Part shown: positions 45,054 to 62,804 of the stretch, one piece after another
Layout: the number at the start of each line of letters is the position of its first letter
Numbering within the stretch: the first letter of the stretch is position 1
Source of the DNA: the human T2T-CHM13v2.0 reference genome, Homo sapiens
Length of the DNA: 64,000 nucleotides
Assembly (NCBI RefSeq): GCF_009914755.1
Contig: NC_060926.1
Strand: one strand, 5' to 3'
Notes under the pieces: generated by a model
Database searches by the model: none
Told to the model about the DNA's origin: nothing
What the model saw: the letters and a program-made list of their open reading frames with translations, nothing else
Position numbers and translations under genes: made by a program

Positions 45054-46751
45054 AACATGTAGTTAATGTAAAACTTATTAATGAGATATATTATGTTCTT
45101 TTTTGAATGAATTCTTTGAAATCTGGTGTGTGTTACATACAGCACATCTCAGTTCACTCTGGCTACGTTGAAAGTGCTCAGTAGTAACGTATGGCTAGTG
45201 GTTACTATTACATATTGGGCAAATAGCACTATATATAAGTCACTGTATACTGTCTCTCCTGTTCAGCTGTGAATTTCTTGAGAGATATCCCTTATTCATC
45301 TTTTGATGTCTGATATATAGTCCCATGTGGGGAATATAGCGGCTCAGTAAATGTGTGCTGAGTGGAAGAATTATTTCTAAAAGTCTTGGAAATCTATGAC
45401 TGTTGGGCCTACAAATGAACCATTATATTTCCTTTTTTGTCAAATTCCCTTGGTGATCTCAGGGAAGGCTATAAAATGATGTTCAACAATTCCCTTAAAT
45501 CAGTTGCCAAATGGTCAATGGGGTGGTGCCTAATAGAAATGACCTGAAAGGAAGACTAGTTGCACTGTTCAAATTCCATTAGGCTGTCGTAAAATTACTA
45601 TAATTGTTTGAATACATTATGACTACTATGATTGGATTGTAATTGCATATCTTTTGGGTATTTTTGGTCATGACTTGGACCAGATGAATCAACCATGCGT
45701 ATGTGATCTAAGCTATTATGGAAGGCTTTCCTAAATGTGTTCAGGAAAAGTGGAAGTGGGAGGGAAAAAGCGATTGGTTAAATTCAATTATATTTGATTG
45801 TTGTCTTTGAATTTGTAACCCGTACTGCATAATAGGTATACAAAATGATCCTGTGGTACAGGGTCATGAGGGAATCCAGTCTCTAAGAGCCATGGAAGCA
45901 CACTATTGGTAAAAAGCTTGTTCTTTAATCTTTCACTGATATAACCTTCAATACCACATGGACAACATCTATGGGGAAACTTGGGATTTGGGGATGAAAT
46001 CACAGAATACAAAGTACTGTAACATACATCTAATGTACTGTAAATATTGTCTCTTCTTGTCAATATAAAGTCCTTGAAAATCATTTAATGAGTCAAAATA
46101 CAAATAATTATTACATTTAAAAGAATTATCCCAAACACATGGTTTTGAATACCTTAACCAAAAGAAAGTCCCTAGTTTTTATCCCCTAGAAGATGATATT
46201 AAGATGAGATTCTAGTCATGTCTGTTGCCATATTTAGCTTTCCAGGTCATTTTGCCTTTCCAGTATTTACACATGGTTTAATCTATCATTCCCATCCATT
46301 CATGCAAAAATATGTGTCAAACCATTACCATAATCACTTGCAGTATGATTTATATTGGCCATGGAAAGTATTTTACCTGTTATTTTGCAACATGGAGATA
46401 GGATCATAACTAATTTCTCTCATGCTGTAGTAAAAGGAAAATCATTTAAAAAGAGGCAACAACACTAAGACTTGAGCCCTCTTCTTGCCTCTGTCTGTGG
46501 AAGAAACTCCTGGTTGCTGAGAGCAGGAACAGATGGGGCCTTGTTGGAAAATGCCTAGCAATGTGGAGCATTATTGCCTCAGTTTGTGCAAAAATAGAAT
46601 TACCTTGGTATTTCTCAAAAGGCTCAGCACAGCCAACTCTTGTGTGCTGAAGAGGGGAAGAGACAATCAGGAAATAATGTCAATTTCCAGCCCATTTAAA
46701 ATCTAACCATTAAAGTCATAATGTATTTGACATTTTAAATATTCAAAGTTA

Positions 46752-47043
46752 GGCCAGATGTGGTGTCTCACACCTGTAATCCCAGTGCTTTGGGAGGCCA
46801 AGGTGGGAGCCTCACTTGAGGTCAGGAGTTCAAGACCGGCCTGGACAACAAAGCAAGACCCCATCTCTACAAAAAAATAAAAAAAATTATCTGGGCATGG
46901 TGGTACACATCTGTATTCACAGTTACTCAGGAGGCTAAGGCAAAAGGATCCCTTGAGCCCGGGAGTTTGAGGCTACAGTGTGCTATGATCACACTATTGC
47001 ACTCCATCCTGGGTGACAGAGCAACACTCTTTCTTTAAAAAAC
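46752..47043 (+). mobile_element. AluJ
   Basis: GGATCCCTTGAGCCCGGGAGTTTGAGGCTACAGTG; flanking TTCAAAGTT repeated. Confidence 0.92.
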
Positions 47044-47679
47044 AAGATATAACACATGTTCAAAGTTTAATCAAATATGTTTTAGACGTTTTCCCCCTGG
47101 ACTTAGACATTGATAATATGAGTGAAATTTTAGCCTTGTTCAAAGATTAATCAAATTCTAAAGTTGATGGAGTATGAAGTGCTCTAAGGAACCATCCCAC
47201 CTGCTCCTCTTGCTAAGAAGGATCTCGTGGTTTGTTGGAGAAATGCTTCATGTCCCACAGCATTTGCCTGCTTTGTTTTTGGCCTTCTCCTGGACATCTC
47301 GTCCTTGTGGACTGAGTGGTGGTGGAGGGCAGGGCTCTGGTGTCAGATGGTGAGTATGTCAGATGGTGCCTAACTGGGAGGCACTCCTCAGTAGGGGCAG
47401 ACTGACACCTCACACGGCCGGGTACCCCTCTGAGACGAAACTTCCAGAGGAATGATCAGGCAGCAACATTTGTTGTTCAGCAATATTCGCTTTTCTGCAG
47501 ACTCTGCTGCTGATACCCAGGCAAACAGGGTCTGGAGTGGACCTCCAGCAAATTCCAACAGACCTGCAGCTGAGGGTCCTGACTGTTAGAAGGAAAATAA
47601 CAAACAGAAAGGACATCCACACAAAAACCCCATCTGTACGTCACCATCACCAAAGACCAAAGGCAGATAAACCACAAAG

Positions 47680-48695
47680 ATGGGGAAAAAACAGAGCAGA
47701 AAAGCTGAAGATTCTAAAAATCAGAGCTCCTCTCCCACTCGAAAGGAACACAGCTCCTCACCAGCAATGGAACAAAGCTGGACGGAGAATGACTTTGACG
47801 AGTTAAGAGAAGAAGGTTTCAGATGATCAAACTTCTCCGAGCTAAAGGAGGAAGTTCGAACCCATTGCAAAGAAGCTAAAAGCCTTGAAAAAAGATTGGA
47901 CGAATGGCTAATTAGAATAACCAGTGTAGAGAAGTCCTTAAATGACCTGATGGAGCCGAAAACCATGGCACAAGAACTACATGATGCATGCACAAGCTTC
48001 AGAGCTGATTCGATCAACTGGAAGAAAGGGTATCAGTGATTGAAGATCAAATGAATGAAATGAAGCCAGAAGAGAAGTTTAGAGAAAAAAGAGTAAAAAG
48101 AAATGAACAAACCCTCCAAGAAATATGAGACTATGTGAAAAGACCAAATCTATGTCTGATTGGTGTACCTGAAAGTGACCGGGAGAATGGAACTAAGTCG
48201 GAAAACACTCTGCAGGATATTATCCAGGAGAACTTCCCCAATCTAGCAAGGCAGGCCAACATTCAAATTCAGGAAATACAGAGAACACCGCAAAGGTACT
48301 CCTTGAGAAGAGCAACTCCAAGACACATAATTGTCAGATTCACCAAAGTCGAAATGAAGGAAAAAATGTTAAGGGCAGCCAGAGAGAAAGGTCGGGTTAC
48401 CCACAAAGGGAAGCCCATCAGACTAACAGCAGATCTCTTGGCAGAAAGTCTACAAGCCAGAAGAGAGTGGGGGCCCATATTCAACATTCTTAAAGAAAAG
48501 AATTTTCAACCTAGAATTTCATATCCAGCCAAACTACACTTCATAAGTGAAGGAAAAATAAAATCCTTTACAGACAAGCAAATGCTGAGAGATTTTGTCA
48601 CCACCAGGCCTGCCCTAAAAGAGCTCCTGAAGGAAGCACTAAACTTGGAAAGGAACAACCAGTACCAGCCACTGCAAAAACATGCCAAACTGTAA
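47680..48695 (+). pseudogene. L1 ORF1p, disrupted
   Basis: ATGGGGAAAAAACAG start; in-frame TGA at 47824, frameshift near 48003, TGA at 48126; C-terminal KRPNLCLIGVPE...QPLQKHAKL. Confidence 0.95.
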
Positions 48696-48743
48696 AGACC
48701 ATCAAGGCTAAGAAGAAACGGCATCAACTAACGAGCAAAATAA

Positions 48744-52579
<3,836 letters not shown>

Positions 52580-52833
52580 ACAATGAGAACACTTGGACAC
52601 AGGAAGGGGAACACCACACACTGGGGCCTGTTGTGGGGTGGGGGGAAGGGAGAGAGATAGCATTAGGAGATATACCTAATGTAAATGACAAGTTAATGGG
52701 TGCAGCACACCAACATGGCACATGTATACATATGTAACAAACCTGCACAGTGTGCACATGTACCCTAGAACTTAAATTATAATAATAAAAAAAATTAATT
52801 GTAAAAAGAAAAGAAATCCCTCTAATATCTAAA

Positions 52834-52978
52834 CAGTGGTTTTAAAACATGTTGTTAAGAAATTGATGTCTGGGTTCCACTTTGAGAAATTCTACTTTAG
52901 TTGGGGCATGACTTGGGCATCAGGATGTGTAAGAGTTCCTCAGGTGACTGATGCATAGGCTGGGTTGAAAACCGCTCT
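52834..52978. mobile_element. MER5A-like
   Basis: CAGTGGTTTTAAAAC...CCTCAGGTGACTGATGCATAGGCTGGGTTGAAAACCGCT. Confidence 0.7.
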
Positions 52979-52989
52979 GGTGAGTTGAA

Positions 52990-53530
52990 AACATGACTGC
53001 AAATTATTTGATACTTCTTCCATCAAAAGGTGGATCTAATTCCCCTTGAATTAGGATATTAAGTTTGGCTTAATGACTCCTTTCTAATCAATAGAATGCA
53101 GTTGAATTGTCCCTTTGAGACTTTCAAGGCTGGATTGTAAAAGGCAGGCAATAGAGCATTCACTCTTCCTGTTTTGCTTTGTGTTTCTGTATCTCTGACT
53201 CTTTCCCCATGCCTTTGAAGCTCTGAGCAACCACATAAGAACAACCTATGCAAAAGCCGCCATGTGAAGGGATTGCATAGAGAGACAGCCTAGAGGTAGA
53301 GAGAGATGTCCAAAGACTGCCAGGTATTCCACCCACCAATGTTTCATTCTTCCCAGGCACCAGAGGTGTGAATGGACAAAGCTGCAAGATAATCTCTGAA
53401 CTGCAACTATAGAAAGACCCCAAATGAGAGCTGCCTAGTGGAGCCCAGTCAACTCTGCAAGCATGAGGGAGAATATGTGATAGTTATTGTAGTAAGCCAC
53501 TGCCAGGGGAGATTTAGCAATAGAAAACTC
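52990..53530 (+). mobile_element. MLT1G/H-type LTR
   Basis: CAAATTATTTGATACTTCTTCCATCAAAAGGTGG...GGAGCCCAGTCAAC...TAAGCCACT..AGCAATAGAAAAC. Confidence 0.7.
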
Positions 53531-53779
53531 AAGCCCTGTTGTAAAGTAAGACACGTTGATATTTGCAAAGCCATTTATTTGATGAAATTAAAGAGTTGCT
53601 CTGTACCTTCACCCTCTTCTCTGGAGCCCATTAGAATGGGAGTCATCCTCTCTTCATTCTGGCAGGACACATGAATTCGCTGGACTCTTGTCTTCCTTTG
53701 AATCTCTTCATCAGGCCTCACTTATTTCTAACCTGCTAATGGGAGAAGAGGCAATTGTCAGTCCAGTAGAGAAAAGCTC

Positions 53780-54141
53780 TGTGTTAGTCCATTTTCATGC
53801 TGCTATGAAGAAATACTCGAGTTTGAGTAATTTATAAAGAAAAACAGGTTTAATGGACTCACAGTTCCACATGGTTGGGGAGGCCTCACAATCATGGCAG
53901 AAGGTGAAGGAGGAGCAAAGGCACATCTTACATGGCAGCAGGCAAGACAGTGTGTTTGGGGAACTGCCCTTTATAAAACCATCAAATCTTGTGAGACTTA
54001 CTCACTATCATGAGAACAGTACGGGAAAACCCACCCCCCTGATTCAATTACTTCCCACTGGGTCCCTCCCATGACATGTGGGGATTATGGGAGGTACACT
54101 TCAAGATGAGATTTGGTTGGGGACACAGCCACACCATATCA
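53780..54141 (-). mobile_element. THE1C/D-like solo LTR
   Basis: TGTGTTAGTCCATTTTCATGCTGCTATG...GGGGACACAGCCACACCATATCA. Confidence 0.9.
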
Positions 54142-55474
54142 CTGACCAAACCTAAGGTAATGGACAGCACTGTAAGAGTACATTGATTAAAAAGACACAG
54201 AGGTAGAGAAACTTGTAATTGTTTTGCCTCCTGATTCATTCATATCTTACACTCTGTGCTTCCAAAAGTTCCTTTATGATCTTTCCCTTTTCCCACAGAT
54301 TTCTGGCACATCTGAATGAGTTCCCGTTAGTCCAAGTGTAAGCAGATAAGGACTGGGATTTTATTTCCTCCAGTGATCTCACTGCAAGCTGCTCAGCTTT
54401 GACACAGCAAAGGGTAACAGACAGGCTATCTCTCTCCAGTAAAGCCAGAGTGACAGGGAAGTGCAGTCCTGGTTCACAAGGTGGCCCTGAGAGCTCTGCC
54501 GGAGTCCTGTGAGAAGAAGCTGGGCAATGTTGCAAATGTCACAGAAGCTTTGTGTAGCTTTCTCTTGAAGGGCCAACGTAGAAGACAGAACGCACAAATA
54601 ATGAAACAGTGGATGAATCTTGTCTTTTTTGAGACCACTTTCCTGTGCCAACTTCCATTTATTTCCTTTCCAAATGGTGGCCCTGTGCAATGATCTGTTC
54701 CTCACCAAGAGTGTGGTTCAAACCAAGGTGAGATTAGGTGGTCATGGAAATTTGGGAGTTGTGGTCTTCTAAAAAAATTGATCAATCCTTCTGATAAAAT
54801 CTTTGGGAGTCTAGGATTTAGATATCCTTACACTGTTCCTGGTGTGTTTGGGGAGGGCCTAACACTAAGCTGACTAGTGTTCTCCCCCGAAGCACGTCTT
54901 CTGAGGAACCTATCTATAGAAAAGAACCTGGGTTATTCAGTCTATGAGACTGCTGGTACCCATCTTCTGAGGAGGCGTTTTTAGAGGGTAGTGGAGACAG
55001 GGGGCACTATTTGCAAGGAACTGAAATGGTTTTCTCCAGGCTGAGGGTGAAGCAGGATATCTGGAGAATAAAAACTATGCATAGGTGAAGGAAAGTAATG
55101 CTGCATGAATTTTGCAAGCTGCAGAGAGGTAGGAATATTTTCATGGGGCTTTCCAAAAGGAAAGGAACAGGGCCGCCGATAACCTTTGGTTGAGACTCTC
55201 AGTTACTGAAGTCTCTCAGCTTAGACAGCAGATGTGGCTGCGATCAGTGGCCTCATCTTGAGAGTAGAAAGTAGAAAGAGTAGAAAGTTCTACTCATCTT
55301 GAGAGTAGAAAGAGACATGACCAAGTCAGATGGTGGAAGCACTGGGTACAAAGAGAGCAAGCAGGCCCTGGGATGACTGCATGTGGTGAATTAGAGCACT
55401 TACCCCAGGAGCCGAGAGGGAGAACTGGGTGTTGAATTTCCTGCTAATGTGTATATGTGCCAGCTAGGCTATAA

Positions 55475-55774
55475 TTTGTTCTTTTTTGGGGGGACAGTGT
55501 CTTACTCTGTCACCCAGACTAAAGTGCAGTGGCACAAAGATGTCTCACTGCAGCCTCAATCTCTTGGGCTCAAGCGATCCTCCCATTTCAGCCTCCCGAG
55601 TAGCTAGGACTACAGGCACAAACCATCACGCTTGGCTAATTTTTTTAAAACTTTTTGTAGAGATGGGGCCTTGATATTTTCCCAGGCTGATCTCAAACTC
55701 CTGGGCTCAAGCTGTCCTCCCACCTCAGCCTCCTAAAGTGCTGGGATTACAGGCACGAGCCACCTCACCCTGCC
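55475..55774 (-). mobile_element. AluJ
   Basis: CACTGCAGCCTCAATCTCTTGGGCTCAAGCGATCCTCC; flanks CTAGGC. Confidence 0.9.
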
Positions 55775-55849
55775 TAGGCATCCCCCACAGAGAATCAGGC
55801 CACTAATATTAATGTCTTTAGGTTTGAATACATGTACGAATTGATTTTG

Positions 55850-56150
55850 AATTAATTTTTTCACTTACGTCTCATAACAATTTATTGATGTTGGTGGAGA
55901 AGGTATTATGTGTGTGTTGTTCCCATTTTACAGATCAGAAAACTAGTCAAGGTCACCCAGGGAGAAAGCAGTTGTCTACCAGTAATAGTGGCTGACACTT
56001 ACTGAGCCCTTTCCATGTGGCAAGCACAGCAGCAAGCATCTTAATTATATATTAATTCATGTAACCCTCCCTATACTGCTACTGGCATTATTATTTCCCT
56101 TGTTTTACAGAGGAGGAAATGTCAGCAGCACGAGGCAAGTGACACACTGG
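55850..56150 (-). mobile_element. Two adjacent MIR fragments
   Basis: CCCATTTTACAGATCAGAAAACT; TTTTACAGAGGAGGAAATG. Confidence 0.65.
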
Positions 56151-56739
56151 ACGGTCCCATTTGAAGCCCTCGTACATGAAATAAGAGGACTCTGTTCTGA
56201 GGAGCGGACTCTGCTCATTGCCTTTGAAAATCCTGCATTCACAGCTGTTATTTACATTTAAATGTGGCCTCTGTGTGATGTCAGGGACACGGTGCCCTAG
56301 GCTACTGAGGGGAAATTAGGGTGACCTGGTGACAATTTACAGCAGATTGCACCATTTCTCATACACTTTATAACAAGAGTTTGAATGAGGAAGGAATGCA
56401 TCAGGCTAAAAGCCTGGGAATCATTCCTCCAGTTTCCAGTTTTCATGACATGCTATGTGAAGAGCCTGGTAATTTCACAGGAGAGGATCCTGATTCCATT
56501 TAGTCCCAATCCCTTTTGCCAGACAGAACATGCTGGAAACAGCGTGACAAAGAAGGTTATAATACACATTTTCAGAGTTTCTAGACTGAACAGTGGGAGC
56601 TTCAGGAGGTGGTCCCTGGGATAAAATGAGTTATGGAGAGAGGGACATTTGTTCTGGGGTTCAATCCACTGACCTGCTGGGATATCCGTGTGGGATAGGC
56701 TTCAAACAAAGTCTCTGAGTCAAAACACCAGGGTTCATG

Positions 56740-56890
56740 ACAGCAAGTTAATTAACCTCTCATCATGCCAGCATCAGTTTTGTAATCAGCAAACTAGGGA
56801 TAATAATATCATCTATAGAATTTAGGGAGGATTAAATGAGTTAATGCTTGCAAAGCCCGAATGCCTGGCACGTGGAACATGACTTTATGG
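56740..56890 (+). mobile_element. MIR
   Basis: GCAAGTTAATTAACCTCT...GAGGATTAAATGAGTTAATG..TGCCTGGCAC. Confidence 0.8.
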
Positions 56891-56903
56891 TACTCATCTA
56901 TAT

Positions 56904-57429
<526 letters not shown>

Positions 57430-57529
57430 ATTTATATAAAATTATATAAATGTATATGTAAAATTATATAAAGGCATTATAAAATTATATACATGTATAT
57501 AATTTATAGTTACATAAATTGTATAAATG

Positions 57530-57962
57530 TGTTAGGGCTGCCATAATAGTTTCACAGACTAGGTGCCTTAAACAACAGAATGTATTTTCTCACAGTTTTG
57601 AAGGCTAGAGTTTGAGCTTAAGGTGTTGACAGGATTGGTTCCTTCTGAGGCTGAGGGAGACTCTCATGCCTCTCCCTGGCTTCTGGTGGTTTGCTGGCAA
57701 TCCTTGGTGAATTCTTGGCTTGTAGATGCAGCATCCCGTCTTTGCCTTCAAGTTCATGGCATTTTTCTATGTGTGTATCTCTGTGTCCAGGTTTCCCCTT
57801 TTTATAAGGATCCATCATATTGGATCGGGGCACATCTTAATTAACTCATCTTAACTAATGGCATCTGCAAGGACCCTAATTCCAAATCAGGCCACATCTT
57901 GAGGTATTGGGGTCAGGACTTCAGCATGCAAATTTTAGAGTGACACAATTCAACTCGTAGCA
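57530..57962 (-). mobile_element. MLT1C-type LTR, preceded by an AT-rich low-complexity tract (57430-57527)
   Basis: AGGGCTGCCATAA..TTAAACAACAGAA..GCTTCTGGTGGTTTGCTGGCAATCCTTGG..GACACAATTCAAC. Confidence 0.85.
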
Positions 57963-58719
57963 TGAATACATTTATATAAATGTGGGGACTACAAACTCAC
58001 ATGCCCACAGCGGCAGGTAATATAGTAACAAGACGTGATAAATTACAGCAGGTAGATAATATAAAAACAATACCTGATCTGGGAGAAGGCTGGGTTGGCC
58101 TGGAAGCTTGGGCCTAGGCAATTGCTGTCAGGAGGAATTGTAGCTTCATTGACGGCAGACCTAATCTTTCAAGAGAACCCTCCTAATCCAGGCTTTCAGG
58201 GGAAACTTCTCAAATTAAAAATGCCAAAGAACTCAACCATTTTTAACTCAAGTTAATTTAAAAACAGTTCAAAGACCCCTCCCACCCCAACCTACACATC
58301 TACAAGTAGTATCTGGCCTGTGGACAGCCAGCATGAAAGCATAAGAATCATTAAATTAATGAAGAACAGAGTTCAGGAACATATTAATTTTTACCACTGA
58401 GGAAGAATGGGGATTAGTTAAATCCCCAAGCTTTGAGTGACCATGTAATGTAGTGTTCAAGGTGGAACATTACTGATAATGAAAGGAAATGCTATGAATA
58501 ATTACATGTAGACTAGACTCATACCATGCAACTGGGATATATAATCATGCTATCTACATTGCATCTTAATAGAGATAAACTTATTTCAACCTGGATGATC
58601 TCAGTGGTTGAGGAGGGGCAATGGGGTGGTATGGAGGGGCCTCAAGGGCTGTGGGGCAGCCACTCCATACCACCACGCTCTACCAATTACTCTCTAGTAA
58701 ATGGGGTACCAACTACTCT

Positions 58720-58839
58720 CTAGTAAATGCAGTATCACTGTGTTGCCCAGGCTGGTCTTGAACTCCTGGTCTCAAGTGATCTACCCACCTCGGCCTCCCA
58801 AAGAGCTGGGATTACATGTGTTAGCTACTACACCTGGCC
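58720..58839 (-). mobile_element. Alu left-arm or FLAM fragment
   Basis: TCACTGTGTTGCCCAGGCTGGTCTTGAACTCCTGGTCTCAAGTGAT...CACCTGGCC; no poly-T tail. Confidence 0.85.
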
Positions 58840-59149
58840 TTGTTCCTTTCAAGTAGGGCCTCTTCACTGGTGTTGGTCCCAAAGTCAAGTCTTTGTTGAT
58901 ACTGGCCTCATTGCCCTTTTCTACTCCTCTGCAGACCACATCTCACTGATCACAGGAGTCCTTCCCTAACCTATAGCATCTTTGGATAATTATCTATCTT
59001 GCCTGTGGCACTGATGATCAATCTCAACACTTTCAACAGGGACCCCTGCACCACCTTCCATCTTACATTCTGTCTTGAGTGTGGTTCCTTTTTCTCTAGC
59101 TGAGCTGTAACCACTCCGATAACTCCTTCATGGATGATAGTAATAAAAC

Positions 59150-59694
59150 TAGCAATTTACACTTCTCTAGCACTTTACTATTTACAGGCATACTTTACTG
59201 TTTAAAAAACATTAGGAGTCAGAAGAAAGAAGACGGTAAAATGGACGGTAGAGAAGAGATTTCATTTTGTCATTCCAGCCTCAAGGGAGATGAAGCCAAG
59301 GCAGGGCCATTAGAAGCTTGGAGCTGTCCCCTGGACTTCTGGGAGGAAGCTGACATGTGATTGATAGGGGAGGCAGGTCAGTGTGCTATGAAGGGATTTG
59401 CTTTGCTATAGTAGGGAGTTCTCCCAGAAGCCAGAACCAACTGACCCAGTGCATCTGGAAAGGAGCCAGAGAACCCCTTGGCAGGCATGGGAGCTTCTTT
59501 CTCTGGTTCAGGATTTTACCAGAAGTTTGTCTACCACCTCTCCCTGAACATCACAGCTATGCATGCGAGACATGGAGAGGTTAAGCGGTTTGGTCCAACA
59601 TTCCACACTTTGAAGGTGGAAGAGCTGGGTTTTGAACACATCTTCTTGCCATTAATGGCTATGTACTTCTCACTATGCCAGTGGCATATGTAGA
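59150..59694 (+). repeat. ~545-bp dispersed duplication, copy A (contains MIR pieces)
   Basis: Aligns end to end with 61797-62661 once the Alu is removed; about 41 differences by eye (~92% identity). Confidence 0.97.
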
Positions 59695-60406
59695 AGATAG
59701 TTGGTTAAGGATGGTTGGTTAAAATGCAGATTCATGCTCAATCCAGGAATCCACATTTTTACTAAATACCCCTAGTAATTCCAAAATAGGTGGTCCATGT
59801 GTCACACTCACATTGAGAAGCCCCTTTCTAGTCCAAGCTGCCTCTCAGACATGGCTGTTTACAGCTCTAAAGTACTCATCAGTTTATAAAGTGCCAGGAC
59901 AAATACATTCTCATTTGGAAAATGAGTTGTTTTACAAATGCCTCAGAAAGTAGATGATCTTTGGGAGCCTTCCCATCTCCAAGAACCGATGCATCTTTGC
60001 TCACAGGACTAGCGTGAGAACTTGGGTCGATGGTGGAACATGCAGACCCTGCTCTCTGTTACCTCGTTTGGCAGGCTTCCACTCCAAGGACGTGCTGGTC
60101 ATCCTTTCATGAGATTTCTGTACATCAGGGTTCTGCATGTTTACAGCAGAAGCAGCTGTATATTTGACCTCAGAACCAGAAGATAAGTGTCAATGGAAAT
60201 GCTCCCAATACAGGCAGGAAACTCACAGGCCCAGAGATTATGTGAACACATCTAGAGAAGTAGCCTGTTGTCTTTCAAGTAGCGAATTGGGAGTCTGGAG
60301 ACTTGGTTTCTATTCTGGCCCAGTCACTAGCTTGCTAAGTGAATATGAGCACGTCACTGTGCTCATATGTTTCTGGGCAACATAAAGCAAGAAGACTGAA
60401 CTAGAT

Positions 60407-60950
<544 letters not shown>

Positions 60951-61789
60951 AACTAGATAATCTTTAAATACTCTCTCCCTTAACAGTCCCTGTGATTGAT
61001 CTTTGCAGTTCCATTTCAGCATTACCAGACTTAAAATTAAAAACAATTTTTTTTGTTAGATCTGTGATATATTTCATGTCCTTGCTTCAAGGAAAGCTGA
61101 GTCTTCAAGTCACTGAAGTTAGTGTCTCTGGAACCCCAAACTTTGAGTGACTCCCCTGAATTCAGATGCAAATCAGCACATCAGAAACATTTAATTCATT
61201 GACCCTACTTCCATGCAACTAAGAACCCCAAGTTCAGGTGAGCAGGAGGGGGTTGAATAGTAAATATTGGACCTAGTTAAGGCCAATATGTAATTTAAAT
61301 AAACACAGCTGAGCAAACAGAAGACTTAAGCAAAGGCTGGATTTACGTAGCCATTTCCTTAGTGTGTTATGTGCCAAATGAATTCAATGGCTTTTTGACG
61401 TTTTTCCTTCTGATCTTAATTGCAACCTGTTTGACTGAGTTGATGAAACTGATTGAAAAGTCAAGACATTAAAAAAACTGGAAAACCTTTTTTGTTAAGA
61501 GCATGTTTAGCTACATGTTTCGTAATTTAGTGGGGGCAAAACAGGGCTTAAAGAACTTCTTGAAATTTAAAACAGAATTATTTGTGTGTCTTAATATTTT
61601 CTACATTCTTTATTGCACTTAAGAAATGGTAGAAAGCATTTTTGGGACCGTTACATTCATGCAATCTGGATGCTATGTCCTGGGTGACTCAGCAAAATCT
61701 TCCAAAGTAGCTATTGGGGGTTTTCCTGGGGCTGGTCTGAGATGGAGCGTTGCTATTTCTTAGGTGAGGGTGCTGATGTTATAGCTTGA

Positions 61790-62661
<872 letters not shown>

Positions 62662-62804
62662 GATTCTCAAGCTATAGCATCAGCACCCTCACCTAAGAAA
62701 TAGGTCTCATCACTTAATTAACACACAGAGCATGCAGACAGGGTCTCCATGTAATTTATGGCTTGGGATACATTTTTATGTTTTGAGGTGCTTTTCATTT
62801 GATG

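Larger units (their letters stand above)
44071..45225 (+). mobile_element. MER33 hAT element split by LTRs (44071-44211 and 45054-45225)
   Basis: GTAGCCACATTAAAAAGAAAAAAGAAACATGTGAA...AAATCTGGTGTG..ACAGCACATCTCA..AAGTGCTCAGTAG..TGGCTAGTGGTTAC. Confidence 0.85.

Noticed and set aside
47340-47360. ATG|GTGAGT splice donor as evidence of an exon
   Set aside because: GAGTA is better explained as L1 5'UTR sequence at the junction; no convincing upstream acceptor or ORF.
57985-58330. Possible old DNA transposon (MER45-like)
   Set aside because: Only a vague terminal resemblance; I could not assign TIRs or a TSD.
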